This document shows, in pieces, positions 13,556-25,858 of a DNA stretch of 64,000 bases. The notes beneath the pieces are model-generated. The model had not been told where the DNA came from and ran no database searches. It saw only the letters and a list, made by a program, of their open reading frames with translations. Source of the DNA: Ostrea edulis (lineage: Eukaryota); NCBI RefSeq assembly GCF_947568905.1, contig NC_079170.1:53506001-53570000 (forward strand). The letters are read 5' to 3'. Position numbers and translations under genes: made by a program. How positions within the stretch are numbered: the stretch's first letter is position 1; the number at the start of each line of letters is the position of its first letter.

Positions 13556-14378
13556 ATTAAGGAGCTAAAATACCTTAGTAAGAATGATCTAACTGTGTCT
13601 CGGAACACACCCTCATCGTAGGACAGTATCATTTTAACAATAGAACATTAATTTATCTAAAATTACCTCAGTATATGTTTATCTATATGTCATCTAGTCA
13701 CACATCAAATTTCACATAAATGACTGGTAATGATAGACTTAGAGGAGGCTGTGGACATAAAACCGACTATCGTGAAGCGTAAATACTGTGTAACCATTGT
13801 GAAATTCTATGTGACTCATTTTATTGCATATATTATTTTAATAAGACTGAAAAAAGCAAAACAACAAACCTTGATCTTCATGAATATTTTTTTAAATGAA
13901 ATTCAGAAAAGCAAGCCAAACTTTATATAATCATATTTTAATTCCGTTATACAGTAAGCCATTGAACATGAAATGAAAACAAATTAAGATATTGCAACAA
14001 GAATCATTCAGTTAGAATTCAACGACAGTGAACTAAAAATCTACAGATAGTTATTTGATAATGTACAGAGTTTTGTAAAGGGATATATCTCAGATTTACA
14101 CTTCACAATAGTCGGTTTTCATGGCCACCACTCCTTTAAATTGTTACCAATCTTCATTCAATTTCATGTGTGACTAAATGACTTATAGATCAAAATAAAC
14201 TGTTGTAATTTGGGCCCTTTATTGGTAATTTCCGTCATTTCTTTAGTAATGTTGATGATGAGCAGTGATTTTATGCACCTGGTTGTTGATAGATAATTGA
14301 AACCCTTTCAACTCAATCTACGCTCAGATACGGTTTTAAATGGATTTTCATTTGTAGGCGCAGACAACAGACCAGACT

Positions 14379-16149
14379 ATGTCTAGTACTACTCCGAGAA
14401 TTCCGGAATCAACAGCTCTGTTTCAGAACTGTGAAGTTTTGACCACGGAATGGGGAAGCAGAGTCTATCTACTGGGTACCAATGGGTTCTGCAAAAAATG
14501 TCTGCTTAATATTTCAAAGGTATCTAATAGTTGTAAAAAAAAAAATATAAAATTAAAAAATATCCATATAAATTATAGTGAAAATCTTTAAAAATCTTAT
14601 GCTGATTTGACATATGATATGGATTTTAACATGTAATATTCCTATATTTTATGTACTTGAAAGTATAAATAATAAAATGTTTTTCTTTGGTTTGTTAAAC
14701 AGGAGGTAAAGGTCCCAAACATTACAGAAAAAAATTGCATAATCCGCTAGTGTGAGAATAAAATATCTAACGCGAGTTGTGCATTTTTTCTGCAGTGTTT
14801 ACCACCTTCATTTACAATCCAAAGAAACTTTTTTATCATATATTATTAGTCACATTATACTCCTTATCATGAGATAAATAAAGTCTGACAGAGTTTATTT
14901 CATGAGTCATAATAACTGCAGCTCAGTTTTTGTATCCAGTAGGCTGAGTGTTGCATCTAAAGGGGTTTCATTGTTGTCCACTTGTCTAACTATCGGACAC
15001 TCTCTAGAGTATGTTGTAGCTATCATGATTATTGCATCACAGTGTGTCCATCTGTTTGTCTGGTTTTTTGTCCATCACAGAATTCCGTAACTGAGAAATA
15101 GGACTTTAATATTGGAATATGTACTTGTGTCAATTACATGTAATATGCACCATGACAGCTGATGTCATAGTTATGTATAGATGTTCATTTATTGAACATA
15201 TATTTTGTTTATATTAGCACCCAACTTGTAAACTGATAGAGTATGTTCTTGTTTAATGTCCTATGAATGAGATTTCAGGATGTGAAATGAGAAGACACTG
15301 ATAGTTATGAGTTATAAATTGCCATTCTAGTAGATTGTAAAAGCCATGTTCTATATAGCACTAACTAACAGGTGAAAAAGTTGTCATTTGGATTATCTCC
15401 TATGGTAGACCATCCAAATCAAATGCCATGCATGTAGATTCAAATTGAAACCGAAATTAGATATCGGATATCACTAGTTACAACTACATTGAAAATGGAG
15501 AAAAGAGTCACAAAATATCGGTTAGTATTTGTTTGTTACTAGTGCATAGAGGGTTATATAAGAAAGCAGTACATGTAGGTATCAGGGCTAGAGTAACACC
15601 AGACAGCTTTTTCTCACATTATCACCAGTGTGAGATCGACTTTACCCATGTGAGACAGCCATGTGAGATTTTTCTGTCTCACACTGCTGCGACGTCATTT
15701 GATTGTGACGTCATATATTTTCTATGATTTACGTTACACGGTGAAGATTTACGTTACACGGTGAAGCAAAAATATTTTGCATTGTTATCTTTAAATTTTA
15801 ATGTATATAGCTTTCTGTTGGACAACCTGGGGTTTTTTAGTTTACACTTACAGTGTAAACCATTTTCGGATACGCTCTTTCTGCCTATCTAATTAGTTTT
15901 TGCATCGAGGTTCAAATGAGGATTTTGATAATTTAGAATTTTCTCAAAGCTCCTAAATTTATGCACTAAACTGTAGGTAAAATGTGAGAAAAATAATCCT
16001 TCATTATTAACTCGTGTGGGGTAGGGAAATTCCACCTCTGGAACAAGATTCGCTGTCTAGGACTCGGCAAAGCCTCGTCCTAGACTGCGAATCTTGTCCC
16101 CTCGGTGGAATTTCCCTATCCCACACTCGTACTAATAAAGGATTCTATT

Positions 16150-16206
<57 letters not shown>

Positions 16207-19200
16207 GTCAATTTTTCAAGATTCCTGCTTTTTATACAGGTTATCCAACAGCTTCAGCCCAGTGTTGTTTCCTTGCAATGCTGCTCTACCAGATTAGATG
16301 ACATAAAGTTAAATGAGGAGGATGCTCTTAGGAAACTTCAGATATCTTCAGTGTCTCTTTATCTGAGGATGTTATTGACAACACTGCTTGGTGTAAGTCA
16401 CAATAACATTTTTATTGATTTCTTGTTAAAACAATGAGAGAGAGCATATTCGAATTTATGTTAAAATTTATTTTCATATGCATGCAATTTCATTGATAGT
16501 CCTGACAATTCTGTGTCTTTGTATGTCAATTTATTCCAGGTAATGTTTATCATTAGTGTTCATTTTATCAGAGCCATTGATTAAATAATTCTATATAAGA
16601 GTGTTGAAATGTAACTAGTTGTACATTTTTCTACAGAATGGACTTGTCTCAGCCTTGCTCTTCAAACAAACAGTGTTGAATTCCCAGCAGTCAGGACTGG
16701 CATCAGAGGCAGATTTCAGACGAGCTTTGACAGAGGTAAATCTTCTAGGTCAAAGTCATTGTTAGAAATTAGATATTACCGTGACAACTTAGGGAGAGTT
16801 GTATAATAGTATTACAGGGTTATGATCAAATTGATCAAACAGTTTCATGCTACTGGTTATTATAATAATAATAATATGTACAAAAGCTTACACATCAGTC
16901 CAATGTAATATAAACAGGAACATCTCTATAGCAGTATAGGTGTGGCCAGTATTGTTTTCTGTATAAGCGAAACCGTTACCCTATTTAGATAAAAAAAAAA
17001 TATGAACTATTAAATATGTCTGTAACAGATTGTTTATGTTTGTTGGATAATCACCAATGAATTAATTAAATGGTGCAGCAGACAACAAATTCCATTAGGG
17101 ATAATATCCAAACTTGTATACCGGTACTGGGCATATCGATTTCTCTATTTTGTCGTCTCCTTAAAACAGGTGAAGAAGATTCCAAATTGTAAACTTCATC
17201 TGGCAGATATACCAGTGGAAGTACTAGAGGAGAAGTCCTGGGGTGTTCCTGGTGTGAGGGAGAAGTTAACCTATGCCAGGAGATTGTATGAAAAACAGCA
17301 AAAACAACAAAGCAGGTGAGTATCATTATTTTTCAGGATTACTCAGAAAGGAAAGCATGCATGGACATTTGTACAGCTGTACATTTGATGTTTTTTTAAT
17401 TCTGAATTCAATAAAGGTGCCTTTTTAGCATGTGTACATGAATGATGAGAAAGTATCAAACTAAAATGCAGACATTACATGCAATTTTCCAGCCCTGAGG
17501 ATGAACATGATAGGGAGTCTGACAAAGAGTATAGACAGTGTGAAATAGAGAGGGAATTCAGTTCCTTACCAGCATTCAAAAGAATCTTCATCAGTGACAG
17601 AAACAGATATCTAACTTACTCACTGAAGAAGGCTGCAGAGCCTACTCCAGCAGGTCAGTGGTCGCGGTCCATCAAGCTCTGTAGGATTGGGAGATGCACA
17701 GTAAAATATGAGCATAACAAGGGGTTATTCCTGTCTTGCCAATATTTCAATTTTTTTTACGTTTTCTTACTCATCAGTGTGGTTTTTATACACCCTCATG
17801 ATTATCTGGTAACCGTCTGTTTTATCATCTGCACTATTAATGTTACCTGAACTCGGATTAGTGGAGAGAGTAAAGAAAATAGATAATAAAAATTTCATTT
17901 TGTACAAATTTAAATGTATTGAAAATTAATGATTCACAGATTGCTTAATCATTTTGATATTTGTCTGTATTTTGGACAATGAGAGATATTTTTCAATCGT
18001 CAAGTGTCAGACAAACTTAAGGTTAATTTGTTTTGATATTAGCTTGATTCATCAAGAAATAATAAATGGACATTTAATAACCGTAGGGAATCTTATTTTC
18101 TTGTTAGTTTTCATTCATTGTCAGCATGTTTGTTTTAACCATGTTAAATCAAAGTGCTACAGCTGAACTTGTTCCTGAATCTAAAAAAAATTAAAATTTT
18201 GACTACAGTATCATTAAATTACAAAAAGGAGTCTCTCATTGCAGTAAAAGATGTACAGCATTGCTCACACACAATCTTTAGATACTCTATTCCAACTTAC
18301 AATGTTTGTACCTAGGATCTGATTTAAATTTGTTATCAGCTTTACAATACCATGAAAGTAATTATGATGGTAATTACTCTAAATGATAATGACTGATCAG
18401 GGTTGGCAAAAAAGTGGTCAATATGAGTATTGACCGGGCCGGTAGTCAATATTGGTCAATACTGGTTAAAACCGGTCAATACTGGTCGATTGAAGATTAT
18501 TTGGTCATTATAGTCTGTGTTATTTATTTTAAATGTTTAAGTGACCATTATGGTAAATAGAAATACTGTAATTCATAACATGCACTATCAGTTTATAATA
18601 ATGTGCAAATGACTCTGTTGAATTGGGGAAGATGTAAAAGTTTCTGTTCAAATTTCTTAGTTTAACAAGAAATACCTATAAGTATTGTTTCATCAATCTT
18701 CATTTTTAACTGTTGAATAAACATTTGAGGGGGTGGGTTGGTGATGTTTTCATAACAATAACAGGCACACTGGTCATCTCTGGTCCCAGCCTATGCTTAT
18801 TTTAAAACACCTGTCAACTCTGCTTCCTGTGCTCAGGTAATGACCAGCTACCTTTTATTCTTAATCTGTCCAGGTACATGTTTTAAGAGGTCTGTCTCCA
18901 ATTGTCAAACTATGCTATACAATGTAGTACTGTGACCCTCTGGTAGGTACTGAAGATATTGCAGTCAGTTTCAGCAAACCAAATATATTAAACTTATGAA
19001 ATTACATTTGATTATCTAATGAAAAATATTAATCAACAATTGATCCATATAATGAAAAGACTTAATTTATCTTTATCTTTGCAAGAAATGTACAAAAATA
19101 GGAAAATGGACAGTTTAAATCACAATTGACCAGTATTGACCACTTGGGGAGTATTGACCGTGACGGTTAAAACCCGGGGGTGGTTTTAACCGCCCAACCC

Positions 19201-20661
19201 TGATATGATGAGGTGTTGGTATTAAACCTTTACTTTTAAAGCTTGAATTTTTTTCATATATTTTGATAATTTTACAATAATTTGATAGTAAATTTTTCTT
19301 CAGATAAAACACCAGTTGTGTTAGGAATAGTGCGAAATGAACATGTGGAAGGAATTAAAGCTAACTGGGACACGGTAGATCTAGATGCAGACAAACTAGC
19401 AACGTAAGTACATAGAAGATCCCAATCCAGACAAACTAGCAATGTCAGTACATAGAAGATCCCAATCCAGACAAACTAGCAATGTAAGTACATAGAAGAT
19501 CCCAATCCAGACAAACTAGCAATGTAAGTACATAGAAGATCCCAATCCAGACAAACTAGCAATGTAAGTACATAGAAGATCCCATTCCAGACAAACTAGC
19601 AATGTAAGTACATAGAAGATCCCAATCCAGACAAACTAGCAATGTAAGTACATAGAAGATCCCAATCCAGACAAACTAGCAATGTAAGTACATAGAAGAT
19701 CCCAATCCAGACAAATTAGCAATGTAAGTACATAGAAGATCCCAATCCAGACAAACTAGCAACGTAAGTACATAGAAGATCCCAATCCAGACAAACTAGT
19801 AATGTAAGTACATAGAAGATCCCAATCCAGACAAACTAGCAATGTACATGTAAGTACATTGAAGGTCCCAATCCAGACAGACTAGCAATGTAAGTACATT
19901 GAAGGTCCCAATCCAATCAGATAATCTTTGATGAAAGAATTTTGCTGGAAAATTGAGTACATGTGTTTAAGTCAGACTTTAGATTAGGCCAACCATGATA
20001 AATTTTAAATTTTACTGTAACTTTGTCTTAAGTTATATAAGAGGGGATGAAAATGTAAACAAACAAAATTTCAAAACACTGCAGTCTAATACGTGCATCT
20101 TTGTAGTGTGTATCCAACTATACATCTTCAGAAGCCAAGAGTCTGACTTGCTGTCACTCTAATATACCCTTAGGCAGATCTAGTCCCATTTTATATGGCA
20201 CCCCCACCACCACCACACACACACCTATAGTGCTTTTCACAAAAGATCTTACGATAAATAATCATCGTAAGAGAAAATGTACGATTTTTTTCCCTTTTCA
20301 CAAAGAAACTTACATATATTTAAAACTTTCCAAACCTACGTACATGGTTGATGTAAAATGAAGAATTCATTTAAGTCTTATGTAGTGGATAGATTATCAG
20401 TATATTAGATAACAGTGGAGTTTTGAATCTGCTGCAATCAGTTAATACTACTTTATCAGTTATCACCAATAACAAATAACACTTTTTATTACAAAGTCAT
20501 AATGCACTGTTGTACACTTTGTTTCCAGTTTAGAGAAGAATTATGCGCTGTACGAAGGCTTGAAGTATGGTGCTGTGATAATGACAATCACCTTTTTTTA
20601 TACAAGAAGACTGCGCAATAGAAAAGCCTGGGACAATTATTTCAATGTAAAAAGACGCTAA
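14379..20661 (+). CDS. Divergent TraB-domain protein (TRABD-like), 7 coding exons, about 310 aa, with C-terminal transmembrane anchor
   Basis: Exons 14379-14519 (acceptor at 14357; the start may lie further upstream), 16240-16392, 16637-16735, 17170-17315, 17493-17653, 19304-19403, 20529-20661. Phases are consistent. Collinear with TRABD as I recall it: GSRVYLLGT, IQQLQPSVVSLQCCSTR, NGLVSALL, DFRRAL, IPNCKLHLADIP, FISDRNRYLTYSLKKAA, PVVLGIVRNEHVEGIKANW, then a hydrophobic segment followed by RRLRNRK. Confidence 0.85.
15550..16140. mobile_element. Non-autonomous element ending in a long hairpin (Crypton-like, tentative)
   Basis: Arms ttattaactcgtgtggggtagggaaattccacc...gtctaggac and gtcctagac...ggtggaatttccctatcccacactcgtactaataa surround the loop tcggcaaagcctc (16004-16138). 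A similar short hairpin lies near 45080-45160. The family assignment is from memory of such elements. Confidence 0.4.
16152..16202. repeat. (CT)n microsatellite
   Basis: Pure CT run about 35 nt upstream of the acceptor at 16239. Confidence 0.95.
18398..19202. mobile_element. Non-autonomous TIR element (CAGGGTTG termini, hAT-like)
   Basis: Starts cagggttgg and ends ccaaccctg; subterminal ggtcaata/tattgacc repeats at both ends; no clean TSD found. Confidence 0.55.
19388..19915 (+). repeat. 40-bp minisatellite containing the exon end and 5' splice site of the TRABD-like exon 6, 13 copies
   Basis: Unit cagacaaactagcaat|gtaagtacatagaagatcccaatc; the first unit overlaps the exon (donor at 19404). 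Confidence 0.95.
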
Positions 20662-20835
20662 CATGATCTCTTAAAATTTTCATACAACATATTATAGTAA
20701 ATAAATGTATTCATAATATATTTTGATTTCATTTTATTTTTATTTAAGAAACTATATTTGCTGTATCTGTTTGTAAAGTTACTTTCACTGTAATCCATAT
20801 AGTACTAACTACCTGCAAATTCATGTACCAGACTT

Positions 20836-21021
20836 ATCCGGGTTAGAATAGGTCCTCAGTACCCCTTGCTTGTCGTAGAAGGCGACTAAATAGGGCGGTC
20901 CTTCGGATGAGACCGCAAAAACCGAGGCCCCGTGTGTCACAGCAGGTGTGGCATGATAAAGATCCCTCCTTGCTCAAAGGCCATAAGCGCCGAGCATAGG
21001 CCGAAATTTTGCAGGCCTTCA

Positions 21022-21053
<32 letters not shown>

Positions 21054-21096
21054 TATTCTCGAGAGTGACGTTAAACAATATTCAATCAATCAATCA
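20836..21096 (+). mobile_element. SINE-like family A, copy 3
   Basis: atccgggttagaataggtcctcagtaccccttgc...gacgttaaacaatattcaatcaatcaatc. Confidence 0.85.
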
Positions 21097-21127
21097 TATA
21101 GCTATGTCTTATACTGTAGACTTCAGC

Positions 21128-21292
21128 CAAGGGAGATTAGAATTGTGTAGACTCAATTCAAGGGAGATTAGAATTGTGTAGACTCAATTCAAGGGAGATT
21201 AGAATTGTGTAGACTCAATTCAAGGGAGATTAGAATTCTGTGTAGACTCAATCCAAGGGAGATTAGAATTCTGTGTAGACTTGATCCAAGGG
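21128..21292. repeat. 31-33-bp minisatellite (caagggagattagaattgtgtagactcaatt), about 5 copies
   Basis: Direct tandem copies. Confidence 0.9.
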
Positions 21293-21647
21293 AAATATTT
21301 TTCTTCTACACATTTACCCAATATGTTGTTATTGTGCTCCAAACCTGGTACTATTTGCCGATATTTTAAACTACTTCGATATTCCATCTGAAATATTTAA
21401 TGTATTTTTATAAACCAGAGAAGTGTGTGACTGAAAAGGATAAAACTTGAATTACCAATATTGAAATACATTCAAAGAAACCACAGATATAGCCATTTCC
21501 TTACTAGCATTCCGTTCTCTCAACAGAGGGAACATTATGCAACATACTTATTTATACCATTACCTACTACCCATCTGGGGCATACGCTGACCACAATATT
21601 TCTCCAGGCCCCTCTATCATGTGCAGTTTGTTTTAGTTCTTTCCACA

Positions 21648-22245
21648 TTTTTAGCCGAGTTGGAACGAAGTTGAACTCGGCTATTGGTTTGGTGATGCGG
21701 GCGGTTGGCCGTCAACAATTGGTTTCCAGATGATAACTCGAAAAGTTTACAATCTAATCAAATGAAACTTTGAAATATTGTTGGGTACCAGGTAAGGAAG
21801 ACCCCTATTGATTTTGGAGAAAAATTGTCAAAGGTCAAGGTCACAGTGACCGAAAATAAAATGAAAATTTAAGAAAAATTTGGTTTCCGGATGATAACTC
21901 AGAAAGTTTAAATCTGAATCAAATGAAACTTTGATATATTGTTGGGTACTACGTAAGGAAGATCCCTATTGATTTTGGAGAACAAAGGTCAAGGTCACAG
22001 TGACCAAATATCGAATGAAAATTTCAGAAAAATTTGGTTTCGGGATGATAACTCAGAAAGTTTAAATCCGAATCAAATGAAACTTTGATATATTGTTGGG
22101 TACCAGGTAAGGAAGACCCCTATTGATTTTGGAGAAAAAAGGTCAAAGGTCAAGGTTACAGTGACCGAATATAGAATGAAAATTTCAGAAATTTTTTGTT
22201 TCCGGATGATAACTCAGAAAGTAAATCCGAATCAAATGTCCTCCA
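21648..22245 (+). mobile_element. Helentron-associated (HINE/pearl-like) element with about 160-bp internal satellite monomers
   Basis: Starts tttttagccgagtt...aactcggct (subterminal hairpin), followed by about 3.3 monomers of 154-163 bp containing aaaggtcaaggtcac and tttccggatgataactc; 3' end missing. Confidence 0.7.
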
Positions 22246-22265
22246 TGTATGACCCTGCATGTCAA

Positions 22266-22532
22266 GATTGATTGATTGATTGAATGTTGTTTAACGTCCC
22301 TCTCGATAATATTTCACTCATGGTGACCACTGCCGGTGAAGGGCTGCAAAATTTAGGCCTATGCTCGGCGCTTATGGCCTTTGAACAGGGAGGGATCTTT
22401 ATCATGCAACAACTACTGTGACACGGGACCTTGGTTTTTGCGGTCTCATCCGAAGGACCGCCCATGCAATTTAGTCGCATTCTACGACAAGCAAGGGGTA
22501 CTGAGGACCTATTCATACCTGGATCCCTACGG
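22266..22532 (-). mobile_element. SINE-like family A, copy 4
   Basis: gattgattgattgattgaatgttgtttaacgtc...gaggacctattcatacctggatccctacgg. Confidence 0.85.
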
Positions 22533-22826
22533 AATTGTATGTCAAGGGTCAAGTGTTCATAGGAATTGCGGATAACATTTACAAGTTTACCAGGTACTCC
22601 ATAATGCCACAGTAGCTTCCACATTGTCTTCCTGTCAACACTGTCGAAAGCTTTCTCATAGTCGATAAAGATTACACATAGGAAAGGATTCCATCCATGA
22701 CATTGCTCAGTGATGATACGAAATGTTGCTATTTGGTCTGTAAAAGATCCATTTTACGAAAACCAGTTTGTTGGTCACGTAGCTTGTCATCCACTTCTTG
22801 TTTCATTCTGTTTAGTATTATCATGA

Positions 22827-23081
22827 CTGCGTTCAAGATCGTAGCAGCTAGCCTAGGGGCTTGGTATGGTAGCTGATTAGCGCCAGTTTACAATGTGTTG
22901 TCTTTTCGTTATTTTCAGGTGAAAAGTAGCTACTATTATCATTTTGTCGTCCTTTCGTTATTTCGGGGCGAAAATTCGCTAAAATTTTGCCTCGAAATAA
23001 CAAAAAGATGATGTAGTGTAAAATGGCACAAATCAGCCACCACATCTAGCCCCTAGGCTAGCTCTACGATCCTGAACGCAG
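22827..23081. mobile_element. 255-bp MITE with about 35-bp TIRs, inserted in the RTE RT domain
   Basis: ctgcgttcaagatcgtagcagctagcctaggggct ... agcccctaggctagctctacgatcctgaacgcag; RTE coding similarity resumes on both sides. Confidence 0.8.
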
Positions 23082-24271
23082 CCCAGGTTGAATATCTTGC
23101 CTGGAATATTTAGTAGTGTTATTCATCTATAGTTTGCACAGTTACTAAGATCTTTTTAGGAAGCTTGAGTAGGAACCCTTCTTTCCATTATTGAGGAATA
23201 GTTTCTACTTCCCATATTCTCTTGAAGAGTAGGTGGAACATGTCAACCGAGCTGTCAAGATCTGCTTTTAGTGCTTCTGCTGATTTTTATCGGGCCCTGC
23301 TGATTTGCCATTTCTCAGCTGTTTTATGACTACTTTTATCTCTTTGGTCGGTGGCCCATAGTCTATTTCTAGGTCTTCCTCTGTCGATGTGATATCTGGA
23401 GGATTGGGTGGTACTGGCCTATTCAACAGCTCTTCAAAGTGTTCTTTCCATCATTATCTTTATAGTTCTTCACCTTCTATTTGCTTCCCTGTCTTGTCTT
23501 TGGCTGGTTTTTCTGGTTTGCTTCGTTTTCAAGATAGGTTCTTAGTTATATTACACATATCTTTCATGTGCCCAGCTTCTGTTGCCTGTTCTACCTCTGT
23601 TGCTAGATGTTCAATCTACTTTTGTCATCTTTGATACTCTGTTCTCTCCTCCTATCTGGCTCTGCATACTATTCTTGTACTTTTGCTCTTGTCCCACTGT
23701 AATTAACTACATGATGGTATTTCCTCAATCCAATGTACTTTCGTCAGCTTTGATACTCTGTTCTGTTCTACTGTGTGCCTCTGCATATTCTTCTTGTGCA
23801 TTTGGGGTTTTTTCCAGCTTTTGGCCTACTGGAATTAACTACAGCTACCTTCTTACCTTTCGTTCCCTTTACTTTCCTGAGTGTATCATTACTGATGGTA
23901 TTTATAGTGATCCCTGTAGTGTTTGGGTATCTTTGATGAGTCAGTTGTTATATTTGAGTCTCGGTGAGTTTATTTGTGCTTTGTTTTTCTTGAGTTTCAT
24001 TTCGATATTCGCTTTCAATAGGGGGTGGTCTGAAGCTGTATCTGCTGCTTGTTTGACCCTACTATCTTCTAAACATTTATCATTGCGGATTGGCTTATTT
24101 GGTTTTCAGTTATGCTGTCTGGTAATACCTATGTGGCTTTGTGGATACCTTTGTGTTGGATTATTGTGCCATCTACGATCAGTTTGTTGAATTTCCACCA
24201 TTTTCCTTCATATGGCCCAGTCCGTGTTGTCCCATTACCTCTTCATATTCGGTGTTGTCTCTAATTTTGAC

Positions 24272-24515
24272 GTCCCATGGGGATCCGAGCTAGAATAGGT
24301 CCTCGGTACCCCTTGCTTGTCGTAAGAGGCGACTAAATGGGGCGGTCCTTCGGATGAGACCGCAAACACCAAGACCCCGTGTCACAGCAGGTGTGACACG
24401 ATAAAGATCCCACGCTGCTCAAAGGCCGTAAGCGCCGATCATAGGCCTAAATTTTGCAGCTCTTCACCGGAAATGTGAGTGAAAAATTCTCGAGCAATAT
24501 ACAGCCAACCAACCA
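24272..24515 (+). mobile_element. SINE-like family A, copy 5
   Basis: cccatggggatccgagctagaataggtcctcggtacccc...ctcgagcaatatacagccaaccaacc. Confidence 0.85.
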
Positions 24516-24994
24516 ATTTTGGCGTTTAGATTTCCCATCAGGATGGTGACATCTCTTTCTAAACAGGTGTCAATAAAACTTTGAAATTTATCGTAAAAAT
24601 CATCCTTTGTGTCTTCCTGTTGGAGCATAGTTGTGCTAAGGTGGCTCATTACCGGGTATACTAAAAAAATTAATGGCTCATTTAAGCACCTCGTATGAAA
24701 CATGATTTCACCACCGAAAGAGTGATACAAAATATCAATTATTTTATGTTTTTTGTGATTTTTTCCAGAATGATAAAACGTTTTTTCTTCGCAAATAAGA
24801 GATTTTAAAATCCAAGCTGTCATTTGATGCATGCTATAAAAATCTAATAAAACCTGCGAAGAAGACTGGTGTAAATGCTCTGATTTTTAAAAAAAAAAAT
24901 CTATGAAAATTGCAACTTGGGGGGAGGGGGTAATATTATTTAAATCTACGGCTAAAATCTTCAAGAAACATATCTTTGGAAAATATATATTACT

Positions 24995-25858
24995 TTACTT
25001 CCTCTTCCTCTTTGTATATGGGCTACAAGGTCACTTCAATGACCCCTGTCCTGCGCTACTCACCATATGGTGTTCCAGTTGTATCCAGCCTCTTTCATCT
25101 CAGTCTCTATAGCTCTTCTCCAAGTTCCTTACGATATCCCAAGTCTTCTCTTTCCAGGTGGTGCCCACTTTATGGCTCTTCTTCCAATGCTGTCTTCCTC
25201 CATTCTAAGTACATGTCCCAGATATCTCCACCTTCTGCACTTTATCTCATGTTTATGTCTCCAATTCCAGTTCTCTCCGCTACCTCCTTGTTGCTGACCC
25301 GATCTTGCCACCTCACTCCAAGAATCCTTCGTAAGCAACCCCTCTCAGTCTGCTCTCCTTGTTAAACCTCCATGTTTCCGCAGCATATAATAGCTTAATT
25401 GACTTCCTCCTTCACCTCGCCATTGATATTCACCACGCTCCCAATGTTACAGAATGCCTTTACTTCCTCCAGATCTTCTCCATCTAACTGATTGTGTTGG
25501 TGTTCCTGTTGTTCATTCTCATAACCTTAGTCTTCCTTTTATTGATTTTCAGACCGATCTTTCCACCCTCTTCCTTTAACTGCCAGGTTTCCTGCATCTG
25601 TTGTTGCGTGTGGCTCAGTAGACTGATGTCATCTGAAAAGTCTATATCTTCTAGACTCGCTGTTATAGTCCAGTGAATCCCACGGGGCTCCTCTGTCACT
25701 CATCTCACCATCCAATCAATGCATAGAAAGAACATGAATATTTGAGATGATGCACCCTTGTCTCACATCATTCAGATGTTGATCCTTCGTGTGCATCGGA
25801 ATCCATTATACATGTCTTTTATGATGCTTATGATCTTTTTTGATATTCAATATCCCTC
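24995..25858 (-). mobile_element. 5'-truncated decayed RTE-clade LINE (copy B)
   Basis: Minus strand: KKIISIIKDMY, EPRGIHWTITASLEDIDFSDDISLLSH, RRWRYLGHVLRMEEDSIGRRAIKWAPPGKRR. Confidence 0.75.

Larger units (their letters stand above)
21555..24660 (-). mobile_element. Fragmented RTE-clade LINE (copy A) carrying nested insertions
   Basis: Minus strand: APE pieces DDFYDKFQ...ILMGNLNAKIG (about 24540-24630) and FQHKGIHKATWV (about 24150); RT pieces LNRMKQEVDDKLRDQQTGF and FIDYEKAFDSVDRKTMWKLLWHYGVP (22540-22820); probable 3' end at 21555-21647. Confidence 0.75.

Noticed and set aside
19388-19915. CRISPR-like regular repeats
   Set aside because: Head-to-tail units with no unique spacers, no cas genes, eukaryotic context; the same applies to all arrays here.
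23389-24190. Hydrophobic 202-aa and 81-aa plus-strand ORFs
   Set aside because: Antisense shadows of the decayed RTE; likewise 42528-43193.
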